From a candidate division WOR-3 bacterium (GTDB lineage: Bacteria > Hydrothermota > UBA3073 > JACQXS01), in NCBI GenBank assembly GCA_023129235.1, contig JAGMCN010000034.1, positions 1 to 38,015 on the forward strand: a stretch of 38,015 bases of DNA, given 5' to 3'. The notes beneath the pieces are model-generated. The model was not told where the DNA came from. It saw only the letters and a list, made by a program, of their open reading frames with translations, and did no database searches. Each line of letters begins with the position of its first letter. Positions within the stretch are counted from its first letter, which is position 1. Of this stretch, positions 1 to 8,171 are shown one piece after another. The position numbers and the translations under genes are program-made.

Positions 1-54
1 TAGAGCACCGGTTTCCTAAACCGGGGGTCGTGAGTTCGAGTCTCGCCAGGGGTA
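1..54 (+). tRNA. tRNA-Arg(CCT), 5' end cut off by the window
   Basis: End of D-arm TAGAGC; anticodon stem CCGGT(8-12)/ACCGG(20-24) with loop TTCCTAA, anticodon CCT at 15-17; T-arm GTGAG-TTCGAGT-CTCGC; acceptor 3' strand CAGGGGT plus discriminator A54; CCA not encoded. Confidence 0.93.
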
Positions 55-89
55 ATAGAAACTTAAAATGCAAAAGTCAAAGTTTAAAA

Positions 90-114
90 TTGTTCGCAGA
101 ATCCTGTGGACAAG
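90..114. repeat. ~23-bp imperfect hairpin repeat, copy 1 of 4
   Basis: TTGTTCGCAG-AATC-CTGTGGACAA; related copies at 34812-34834, 35076-35095 (reverse complement) and 36341-36363 (reverse complement). Confidence 0.75.
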
Positions 115-149
115 CAGAGAGTTTTAAATAATTAAAAAAGGGGGGAAGA

Positions 150-1250
150 ATGAATGAGCCAAAAGCAAAGATTAAAGAGGAGCTCAAGAAGTTTCTATCA
201 GAGAAATTGGTTAGTAGAGTGAAAAACTACAAGGTCAAAGGAATAAGCGAATCTGACACTAAAGCAAAACTTGTAGAACCATTATTTGAGAAATTAGGAT
301 GGGACCTTCGCGGAGAAGAAGTAATAAGAGAATATCCAATTGGGTTAGAGGTGAAACCTGTAGATTATTTATTTAAAATAGATGAAGAAGCTCAATTTCT
401 TATGGAAGTTAGGAAAATTAATGTTTCATTAGAAGACAAGTCAGGAATAATGGAACAGAGCAAAGCAAACAGTATTAACTGGTGCGTGTTCACAGATGGG
501 AATAAAATAGAGGTATATAATTCTGATTGGGCCGGAGATGTTAAGAATAAAAAGTTTTTTGAAGTCTCTTTGGAAAAGCTTTCTCAAGAATTTTCTGGGA
601 GATTTGATACATTTTTTGAGAGTGTATGGTTATTATCCAGAGAAAGCATGATATCTCGGGAGTTGGAAAAAGAGGGAGAAAGAGAATATGCCAAGAGAGT
701 AATTTTGGAGATATTTAAAGATGAAGAGACCTTGAAATTCATAGGCGGAAGAGCAAGAGTTAAAAAAGTAAAGGTGAAGATAGTAAGAAATGTTCTTAGG
801 GAATTGGAGATTAAAGAAGCTTTCCCTTTTCCATTAAGGCCCCCGGAGGAATTAGTTCCAAAAGAAAAAGAGGTTGCCTCGAAAATCGCATCTGCCAAAG
901 AATCCCCAAAAACAGTTGCTCCAACTGACCAAGAGGATGTTATGGGAGAGATTATAGAGCATATTCACGATTCCTCAGTAAAAGAGGCTTTTAAGACAGC
1001 GATAGATACATTTAGAAAATTCGGCAGGGATGTAAGCGAAGAGCCAACCAAGAAAGTTGTTGTTTATAAGGTTAAAAACAGGGGCTTTGCGAAGTTACAT
1101 CCTTATAGAAATTATTTTGAGATAAGCATCTTTAATTTAGCTCTTAGGAAATGGTTATCATTTGATGTTGAGCGAGAGACTTTAAACCGACTCCAAGATC
1201 GCATAGATAAAGCTAAAGATAGTTACAAGGAGCTCCGAAAAAGGAGATGA
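150..1250 (+). CDS. Type I restriction enzyme HsdR N-terminal-like (PD-(D/E)xK) domain protein with C-terminal DUF5655-like domain
   Basis: N-terminal SESDTKAKLVEPLFEKLGWD..EVIREY..KPVDY..LMEVRK..WCVFTDG matches the HSDR_N pattern. C-terminal FGRDVSEEPTKKVVVYKVKNRGFAKLHP resembles DUF5655. G-rich RBS upstream; ATGA overlap with nadE. Confidence 0.7.
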   Translation: MNEPKAKIKEELKKFLSEKLVSRVKNYKVKGISESDTKAKLVEPLFEKLGWDLRGEEVIREYPIGLEVKPVDYLFKIDEEAQFLMEVRKINVSLEDKSGIMEQSKANSINWCVFTDGNKIEVYNSDWAGDVKNKKFFEVSLEKLSQEFSGRFDTFFESVWLLSRESMISRELEKEGEREYAKRVILEIFKDEETLKFIGGRARVKKVKVKIVRNVLRELEIKEAFPFPLRPPEELVPKEKEVASKIASAKESPKTVAPTDQEDVMGEIIEHIHDSSVKEAFKTAIDTFRKFGRDVSEEPTKKVVVYKVKNRGFAKLHPYRNYFEISIFNLALRKWLSFDVERETLNRLQDRIDKAKDSYKELRKRR

Positions 1251-1966
1251 ATCTACCGGATAAAATAAGCGAATGGATTAAAGCCAAAGTAGATGAAGCG
1301 GGAGCAAAAGGAATTGTTCTTGGTTTGTCTGGAGGACTTGATTCAGCAGTTGTAGGGGTTTTGGCAAAGCAATCTTTAGGGAAAAATGTATTAGGAATCA
1401 TAATGCCCTGTCATAACGAGCAGGATTGCGAAGAAGATGCTAATCTCATCGCAACAAAATTCAAGATTAAGACAGCTCGCGTGGTTCTTGACAAGATTTT
1501 TGATGAACTCCTCAATGTTTTGCCTGATGCATCAAATCTAACTCAAGCTAATTTAAAGCCAAGACTCAGGATGCTTATTTTATATTATTTTGCGAATAAA
1601 CTAAATTATCTTGTGGCTGGGACTGGCAATAAGAGCGAGTTAACGGTCGGATATTTCACAAAGTATGGAGATGGGGGAGTTGACATTCTTCCTTTGGGTA
1701 GACTTTTGAAGACTCAGGTAATAGAGCTTGCGAAAGAGCTCAAAATACCTCAAAAAATAATAGAGAAAGCTCCTTCAGCAGATTTGTGGAAGGGGCAGAC
1801 AGACGAAGGAGAGCTTGGAATTTCGTATGCAGAACTTGACAAGACTATTCTGGCGATAGAATCTGGCAATCCAGAAACTACAGACCCAATGGTTTTAAAC
1901 AAGTTGCTCAATCTAATGCAAGCTTCAGAGCATAAAAGGTTGCCTGTCCCATTTTTAAAAACCTGA
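1247..1966 (+). CDS. nadE: NH3-dependent NAD+ synthetase
   Basis: GLSGGLDS, NLKPRLRM, GTGNKSE, GYFTKYGDGG and PSADLWKGQTDE motifs. Confidence 0.96.
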   Translation: MNLPDKISEWIKAKVDEAGAKGIVLGLSGGLDSAVVGVLAKQSLGKNVLGIIMPCHNEQDCEEDANLIATKFKIKTARVVLDKIFDELLNVLPDASNLTQANLKPRLRMLILYYFANKLNYLVAGTGNKSELTVGYFTKYGDGGVDILPLGRLLKTQVIELAKELKIPQKIIEKAPSADLWKGQTDEGELGISYAELDKTILAIESGNPETTDPMVLNKLLNLMQASEHKRLPVPFLKT

Positions 1967-1991
1967 ATTTTTTAGAATTTTAAAAATTAAG

Positions 1992-3785
1992 GTGAGAGAA
2001 AAAAGAATATCATCGCTTTTTTGTTTAACCTCTGCAATATTTTCAATTCTCCTAATAAGAATTATTGCACTTCAGCTAATGAATGTCCAAAAATACAAAC
2101 GACTTGCAAGAGAAAATTATGTAAAACCTCAAGTTGTAGAATCGCCAAGAGGAATAATATATAGCAGAGACAGAAAAGTACTTGCCGAGAATATTCCAAG
2201 TTATACAATTATTATAGATTCTAATCGGATAACAGAAGAGGAATATAGAGAATTTTCTTCATTTTTGAAGTTGCACAGCCATCCGGATAGTGTACCTTTA
2301 CAAACTGGAAGCCCGTGTCACTATGTAATAAATAAAATTCCTTTCTCAATAGTTTGTGATATTGAGGAACACAAAGAGGATTTTCCAAATGTTTCTATAA
2401 TAGCACGTCCAACAAGAAGATATCCTAATTATGAGATTTTTTCACACCTTTTGGGTTATACATCGGAGATTTCAAAAAAAGAGCTTAAAGCTCATCCCGG
2501 CTATAGATTAGGAACTACTATTGGTAAGTCAGGGATAGAAAAAAGTTATGAAGAATTTTTGCGTGGCAAAGATGGAACGAAGTATATAGAAGTGGATGTA
2601 AGAGGTCGTGAGCTCGAGCTTATATCTTATGTTTCTCCTGAGCCGGGTTGTGATATATGGCTTAATATTGATGCAGAACTTCAAATATTTGCTTATGAGA
2701 TTTTGCCAGATAGAGGAGCTTGTGTAGCAATGAACCCTCAAAGTGGTGAGATTCTATTGTGGGTATCAAAGCCGGGATTTGACCCAAATTTTTTCTCTGG
2801 AGGAATCCCTTCTAAAATATGGAGAGAATGGAGAGAAGATTCTCTTTCTCCTCTTTGGGACCGGGTAATGAAAGGATGTTTTCCTCCTGCTTCAGTTTTT
2901 AAGCTTATTACTGCTGCCGCTGGACTTGAAAAAGGAATAGTAGGTCCTCATACTAAACAACCAGTGCAATGCAATGGAAGTATGATGATTGGAAGAAGGG
3001 AATTCAAGTGTTGGGAGACTCACGGCTCTTTAAATTTAATAGATGCAATCGTTTACTCTTGTGATGTCTATTTTTACCAACTTGGAATCTTGCTTGGCGT
3101 CGAGAGAATAATGAGTCAAGCTAAAAAAGTTGGGCTTGGGGAGAAAACAGGAGTAGATATTCCAGGTGAACTTACTGGACTTATACCCTCAGAGAAATGG
3201 TATGACAAAAGATATGGCAAAGGTAGATGGAGTAAAGGAATTTCAGCAAATCTGTCGGTAGGACAAGGAGAGATACTTACCAGTCCACTTCAGATTTTGT
3301 ATTTTGTATCAGGAATTGCTAATCGCAAGGTTTTGAATACTCCGAGAATTGTAGCACGAGCAATAAGTTCAGATGGAGAAGAAGTTTTTTCAAACACTCC
3401 ACATTCTCGTACTCTCCCGTGGAGTGCTGAGACAATAGAAGTTTTAAGACAGGGGATGTTAGGAGTTGTGGAGAGGATTGATGGCACAGGAGGATTGGCG
3501 AGAGTTCCGGGAATAAAGGTAGCTGGGAAAACGGGAACAGCCCAGAATCCCGGCGGAGAGCACCATGCATGGTTTGTAGCTTTTGCCCCTTATGATAACC
3601 CTGAGATTTGTGTTGTGGTATTTATTGAAAATGGAGGGATGGGTGGTTCAGTAGCAGCCCCAATAGCAGGACAGATACTCAATAAGTTTTTCTACAAAAG
3701 TAAAGAGAGAATTTCTAAATCCGAAATCCTAAACTCTAAACAAATTCAAATGACCAAAATTCAAGACATATGTTTTGGATTTTGA
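1992..3785 (+). CDS. mrdA: Penicillin-binding protein 2 (class B transpeptidase)
   Basis: GTG start, N-terminal TM helix, PRGIIYSRD, GKSGIEKSYE; catalytic SVFK, SCD and KTGTAQ; HAWF. The last ~24 aa are read through a repeat element. Confidence 0.93.
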   Translation: MREKRISSLFCLTSAIFSILLIRIIALQLMNVQKYKRLARENYVKPQVVESPRGIIYSRDRKVLAENIPSYTIIIDSNRITEEEYREFSSFLKLHSHPDSVPLQTGSPCHYVINKIPFSIVCDIEEHKEDFPNVSIIARPTRRYPNYEIFSHLLGYTSEISKKELKAHPGYRLGTTIGKSGIEKSYEEFLRGKDGTKYIEVDVRGRELELISYVSPEPGCDIWLNIDAELQIFAYEILPDRGACVAMNPQSGEILLWVSKPGFDPNFFSGGIPSKIWREWREDSLSPLWDRVMKGCFPPASVFKLITAAAGLEKGIVGPHTKQPVQCNGSMMIGRREFKCWETHGSLNLIDAIVYSCDVYFYQLGILLGVERIMSQAKKVGLGEKTGVDIPGELTGLIPSEKWYDKRYGKGRWSKGISANLSVGQGEILTSPLQILYFVSGIANRKVLNTPRIVARAISSDGEEVFSNTPHSRTLPWSAETIEVLRQGMLGVVERIDGTGGLARVPGIKVAGKTGTAQNPGGEHHAWFVAFAPYDNPEICVVVFIENGGMGGSVAAPIAGQILNKFFYKSKERISKSEILNSKQIQMTKIQDICFGF

Positions 3786-3828
3786 ATTTAGATATTGTTT
3801 AGGATTTAGTGCTTTGAATTTAGGATTT
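3710..3828. repeat. Imperfect inverted repeat built of 7-nt units, overlapping the mrdA 3' end
   Basis: Left arm AATTTCT AAATCCG AAATCCT AAACTCT AAACAAA. Reverse complement of the right arm reads AAATCCT AAATTCA AAGCACT AAATCCT AAACAAT. Confidence 0.8.
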
Positions 3829-3839
3829 ATAAAAATAAG

Positions 3840-5615
3840 ATGGATTTTTGGGAAAGAATAAAGGAAAGAGTGCTTGTTGCTGATGGAGCAATGGGAACTC
3901 TTCTTTATGAGCGCGGAGTGCCAAAAGGTCATTGCTATGACGAGCTTAATCTGTCCAATCCAACACTCATTCAAGAAATACATAAAGCTTATCTTGATGC
4001 TGGTGCTGAGCTAATTGAAACTAATACCTTCGGGGCAAACGAGTATATTCTCTCAAAATACTATGACCTTGGTGAAAAAAGCAAAGAAATTAACTATAGA
4101 GGTGCGAAAATTGCAAGAGAAGTAGCGAGGGATAAATTTGTAGCTGGAACTGTAGGGCCGGTTACAAGACCACTTGAATCAAGAGAAAAGTTACAGTCAT
4201 CAGAAATAAAGGAGATTTTTACATCACAGATTCTTGCTCTTCTGGAAGGAGGAGTAGACCTCATTATCCTTGAGACTATGGCTTCTATTGATGAGCTTCT
4301 ATTGGGATTTCGGGCTGCAAGAGCAGTATGCGACCTACCTATAATATGCCAACTTTCATTTGCTGAAGATGGTCGCACAATTTTAGGTGTTGACCCTGTA
4401 GAGGCATCTATTAGACTTGACAAAGAAAAAGTCCAAATAATAGGTGCTAATTGCGGAATAGGACCCCAGAGCGTATATGAATCCATTCAGCGTATGGGGC
4501 ATATAACTCAGGCAACACTTTCAGCACAACCAAATGCAGGTAGAGCAAGTTGGACTGGAGAAAAGTTTGTGTATCCTGCTACACCAGAGTATTTTGCAGA
4601 CTACGCCAAACGTTATGTGAGTAGCGGAGTCTCGATAATAGGTGGTTGCTGTGGAACTACTCCTGCATACATATCTGCTATTAAAAACGCTGTTGAATCC
4701 TTAACTCCGAAGCCCAGAAAAATTGTGCAAATAAATGTAGGAGCAGGGTTGAAGCCCACTCCTACCGGTAGGGACGAGGTTACCTCGCCCCTACAACAAA
4801 TGCTTAAGGAGAAATTTGTTCTCAGTCTTGAACTTGAGCCACCAAAATCCACAAATGTTGAAAAAGAGTTACTCACAGCTGAAAGTTTTAAAAACTTAGG
4901 TGGGGATTGCGTTAATATATCAGATAATCCTATGGCGAGACTCCGGATGAGTCCTATTCCCCTTGCCCATATAATTCAGGATAAAGTGGATATTGAGGTA
5001 ATCCTACATTTTACCTGTAGAGACAGAAATCTCCTCGCAATTCAGTCTGACCTGATTGGAATGCATGCTCTGGGAATTCAGAACATACTTGCCCTAACAG
5101 GTGACCCACCATCAGTCGGGGATTATCCATTTGCAACAGCTGTTTTCGAAATTAACTCTGAAGGGCTTGTAGAAATCATAAACTCTCTTAACAATGGAAC
5201 AGACTGGCTCGGCAATCCAATTCCTAATCCAACTTCTTTTTTTGTGGGTGTTGCGAGTGGTTTAGACGGGCTATCCCGCACAAAGAAAAAAATAGCCAAA
5301 GGAGCAAGATTTATTCAAACTCAACCAATATTTGATATAGAGAATTTCCGAAAGTTTGTCTCGGAGTTCCCTGATATTCCTGTAATCGCAGGAATTCTTG
5401 TGCTTGGGAGCTTGCGACAGGCTGAGTTTATTCAAAATGAAGTCCCCGGAATTACTATCCCAGACCCAATAATGGAGAGAATGAAAAAAGGAGCTACTGA
5501 TGAGGGAGCAATTATTGCCAGAGAATTGCTTGGAGAGTTACGAAAGTTCTCCGATGGTGCGTGTATAATGATTCCAGGTGGAAAATATGAACTTATTAAG
5601 GATGTGCTAAAATGA
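3840..5615 (+). CDS. yitJ: Bifunctional homocysteine S-methyltransferase / 5,10-methylenetetrahydrofolate reductase (YitJ type)
   Basis: DGAMGT, ETNTFGAN, GANC and GGCCG (Zn ligands) in the N-terminal half; ELEPPK, ISDNPMA, HFTCRDRN, ALTGDPP and QTQPIFD in the MTHFR half. Confidence 0.92.
   Translation: MDFWERIKERVLVADGAMGTLLYERGVPKGHCYDELNLSNPTLIQEIHKAYLDAGAELIETNTFGANEYILSKYYDLGEKSKEINYRGAKIAREVARDKFVAGTVGPVTRPLESREKLQSSEIKEIFTSQILALLEGGVDLIILETMASIDELLLGFRAARAVCDLPIICQLSFAEDGRTILGVDPVEASIRLDKEKVQIIGANCGIGPQSVYESIQRMGHITQATLSAQPNAGRASWTGEKFVYPATPEYFADYAKRYVSSGVSIIGGCCGTTPAYISAIKNAVESLTPKPRKIVQINVGAGLKPTPTGRDEVTSPLQQMLKEKFVLSLELEPPKSTNVEKELLTAESFKNLGGDCVNISDNPMARLRMSPIPLAHIIQDKVDIEVILHFTCRDRNLLAIQSDLIGMHALGIQNILALTGDPPSVGDYPFATAVFEINSEGLVEIINSLNNGTDWLGNPIPNPTSFFVGVASGLDGLSRTKKKIAKGARFIQTQPIFDIENFRKFVSEFPDIPVIAGILVLGSLRQAEFIQNEVPGITIPDPIMERMKKGATDEGAIIARELLGELRKFSDGACIMIPGGKYELIKDVLK
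4737..4794. repeat. Two tandem GTAG-type REP-like palindromes, in frame inside the yitJ interdomain linker
   Basis: GTAGGAGCAGGGTTGAAGCCCACTCCTAC (4737-4765) and GTAGGGACGAGGTTACCTCGCCCCTAC (4768-4794). The second shares its arms with the intergenic copy at 34461-34490. Confidence 0.85.
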
Positions 5616-5683
5616 ACCACAAGAGCATAGATACCGTCCTCTGCCTTTATGGGAAAATACTTTTCGGGGCTCAATAGTTAGGA

Positions 5684-6421
5684 ATGGGAAAAATGAATAT
5701 AAAAAGGTGTATTTTTGAGGGTGTTCTGATTTTTGGTACGGCTTTTACTTTATGGGCTGGAGACATTGCAAAATTTAATGATGTCTCTATACTTGATAAC
5801 GAAAATGCGTATGCAGTTGGAAATAATGGAGCGGTTATGAAAAAGACACAAGATAAGTGGAAAGAAATAAATCTTGCAGTAACTCCTCAAATTAAACAAA
5901 CTGAATGGGACTTTCGGGGTATATGCTTTGTAGATTCACAAACTGGCTGGATTGTTGGCAATAATGATGAGCAACAAGGTGTTGTGTTGAAAACAAAAGA
6001 TGGAGGAGAGAATTGGACTGCCGAGTTTCCAAAAGTAAGAGGTAAGGAGCTTCCATTTTATTGTATCAATTTCAGCAATGCAAGTATAGGATATATTGGA
6101 GCTGGCAATGGTTATGTGTTGAAAACTGTATATGGTGGTAAAAAGTGGATACCAACTGCCAAGCCAGTTCCTATTAGGATGTATAAGTCTAAATGTAAAG
6201 TTATAAGTTTATGGGTAGAGAGAGATTCTCCTCTTGGAGATCATGTGTGGGCTGAGGTAGTTACTGAAGAGGGGAAAAGAATGGTTTCGCGAAGTATAGA
6301 TGGAGGATGCAGTTGGGATATATGGGATCCTCTTTATGATAAAGAGTTTAGGGAGTTGTTTGGTATGACAAGAAATAATCCTGATTGGGTTAAGCCAAGT
6401 AGAGTAGATAGTAGCGAGTAG
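5684..6421 (+). CDS. Secreted YCF48/BNR (Asp-box) repeat protein
   Basis: Signal peptide; Asp-box-like repeats TKDGGENW, TVYGGKKW and SIDGGCSW; FVDSQTGWIVG. Confidence 0.75.
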   Translation: MGKMNIKRCIFEGVLIFGTAFTLWAGDIAKFNDVSILDNENAYAVGNNGAVMKKTQDKWKEINLAVTPQIKQTEWDFRGICFVDSQTGWIVGNNDEQQGVVLKTKDGGENWTAEFPKVRGKELPFYCINFSNASIGYIGAGNGYVLKTVYGGKKWIPTAKPVPIRMYKSKCKVISLWVERDSPLGDHVWAEVVTEEGKRMVSRSIDGGCSWDIWDPLYDKEFRELFGMTRNNPDWVKPSRVDSSE

Positions 6422-6436
6422 TTAGTAGATAGGGAA

Positions 6437-8083
6437 ATGATAAGACTTTTAAACAGTAAGGTGAGGATTTATCCCTTGCGAATAAGAATATTTTTTATAA
6501 GTTTTATTGTTTTAACTCCAAGCCTCGTATATCCTTTAGAGCTTCATAACCTGGAGCTTGTGCTGGAAATTATGAGACCCGATACCTCTTCAATACATTC
6601 ACCTTTGGGGATTGGACTTGCCAGTGGAGATGTAAATGGAGACGGGTTTAGTGATATTATTGTAGGAGGAGGGGGGATTGGATACGATAAGTGTGTATGT
6701 GTCTATTATGGTGGAGAGACCCCAGACCCCACTCCTGATGTAATTATTATGCAAAAACCAGAAGATGAGGGGAATGCCTTTGGTAATTATGTAACAGTGG
6801 GAGATATAAATGGTGATGGATATGACGATGTAATGATAGGCGGTGGTTACCAAAGCCGCGCATATTTTGGAGGCGACCCAATGGACTCATTGCCTGATTT
6901 AATGCTAGAGTGTGGAGAATGGATGGGATGTGGTGACTTAAATAATGATGGATATGACGATTGGGCAATTGGACAGTGTGTCTGGGATGAAGGAAGAGGA
7001 AAAGTAATTATTTATTTTGGTGATTCTATTCCTGACATAATCCCTGATATTGTCTTATATGGTGAAGAGATTGGAAGAGGAAATTTTGGAGGGAGTATCC
7101 AGAGCGGGTTCGATGTGAATGGTGATGGATATGAGGATTTGTTTATATCTGCTAAAGGATATTATGGAAATAATGGGACCTGGCAGTATCAGGGTAAAAC
7201 TTATATTTATTATGGAGGTGACCCGATGGATACGGTTCCTGATGTTACAATGCTTGGCAAGTGCCCTTGGGACTTTTTTGGTATACCTGCGCTTGTGCCA
7301 GACCTTACCGGCGATGGATTTGATGATGCCTGTGTAGGGGACCCACTTGACAATGTGCATGATACGGTTTATTCTTACTGGGGTGGAAATCCGATGGATA
7401 GTGGAGTTGATTTAATCTTTAGCGGTGAATACTCTCGCAATCGATTTGGAAATTCAATTGGAGGTATAGAAAAAGTACACCCAAGCGGTTCAAAAGCAGT
7501 AAGTATTGGGAGTTGTTGTTATCCTGATCCTTATATTGATACTCTTCTACGTGGTAAAGTTTATGTTTATTTAGGAGGGACATCTCTTGACATTGTAGTT
7601 GATGCCTGGGCAGTTGGTGTAGATAGCCAGGAGATAGGATGGGTGGTTGCAAGTGCTGGTGATGTTGATGGCGATGGGATAGATGAAATTATGTTCTCAA
7701 ATTACGCGGCATTATCTTATATTCCTCACAAAGTCTGGATATGCAAGTATACGGGACCGGGGGTGGAAGAAACCAATTATCAATTAGCAATTAACAATTA
7801 TCAATTAGCAATTTCTCCAAATCCAGTTGTTCGGAGAGCAGTCATTAATTATCAGTTGCCAGTTAAAAGTAAGGTATCACTGGAAATTTATGATGTTAGT
7901 GGGAGATTAGTGAAGAAATTGTTTGATAAGTCCCAAAAGTTAGGGCAGTATGAAGTTATATGGAACGGGACTGATGAGAAAGGGAAGTCAGTGGCATCAG
8001 GAGTCTATGTTTTTAAGTTAAAAGTAAAAAGTGAAAAGTTGGAAGTTGAAAGGACAAAGAAGATACTTTTTTTAAAAGAGTAA
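6437..8083 (+). CDS. FG-GAP (integrin-alpha) repeat protein with C-terminal FlgD-Ig/T9SS type A-like sorting domain
   Basis: Repeated GDVNGDGFSD, GDINGDGYDD, GDLNNDGYDD and GDVDGDGIDE; C-terminal GVEE..SPNP..IYDVSGRLV..WNGTDEKG..GVY..K. Confidence 0.88.
   Translation: MIRLLNSKVRIYPLRIRIFFISFIVLTPSLVYPLELHNLELVLEIMRPDTSSIHSPLGIGLASGDVNGDGFSDIIVGGGGIGYDKCVCVYYGGETPDPTPDVIIMQKPEDEGNAFGNYVTVGDINGDGYDDVMIGGGYQSRAYFGGDPMDSLPDLMLECGEWMGCGDLNNDGYDDWAIGQCVWDEGRGKVIIYFGDSIPDIIPDIVLYGEEIGRGNFGGSIQSGFDVNGDGYEDLFISAKGYYGNNGTWQYQGKTYIYYGGDPMDTVPDVTMLGKCPWDFFGIPALVPDLTGDGFDDACVGDPLDNVHDTVYSYWGGNPMDSGVDLIFSGEYSRNRFGNSIGGIEKVHPSGSKAVSIGSCCYPDPYIDTLLRGKVYVYLGGTSLDIVVDAWAVGVDSQEIGWVVASAGDVDGDGIDEIMFSNYAALSYIPHKVWICKYTGPGVEETNYQLAINNYQLAISPNPVVRRAVINYQLPVKSKVSLEIYDVSGRLVKKLFDKSQKLGQYEVIWNGTDEKGKSVASGVYVFKLKVKSEKLEVERTKKILFLKE
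7774..7815 (+). repeat. In-frame 7-nt microsatellite (CAATTAN)x6
   Basis: CAATTAT CAATTAG CAATTAA CAATTAT CAATTAG CAATTTC; encodes NYQLAINNYQLAIS. Confidence 0.9.
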
Positions 8084-8102
8084 GAGGAAATAGTAATGCT
8101 TA

Positions 8103-8156
8103 AGAGAGATACAGAGATTAGATATATAAATGTTTTCCTCTGTGCTCTCTGTGGTT
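8103..8156. repeat. Degenerate ACAGAG/CTCTGT periodic inverted repeat
   Basis: AGAGAGATACAGAG ... CTCTGTGCTCTCTGTGGTT in the intergenic region. Confidence 0.55.
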
Positions 8157-8171
8157 AAAAAAGGAGATAAA

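Noticed and set aside
1-1250. tRNA-anchored genomic island or prophage
   Set aside because: No integrase, no duplicated tRNA 3' end seen in the window, and housekeeping nadE follows directly.
1588-1600. Extra copies of the 23-bp repeat at TGCGAATAA/TGCGAACAA in nadE and per
   Set aside because: Only ~9 nt match, encoding ordinary ANK residues in conserved protein context.
3786-3839. SAM riboswitch upstream of yitJ
   Set aside because: The gap is occupied by the heptamer inverted repeat and no SAM-I core motifs are visible.
3729-3983. Minus-strand ORF containing NPKFKALNPKQ
   Set aside because: Product of translating the heptamer repeat plus the antisense of yitJ.
8130-8171. Longer N-terminus of the glycosyltransferase (MFSSVLSVV)
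   Set aside because: Derived from the CTCTGTG repeat; a strong RBS precedes ATG 8172.
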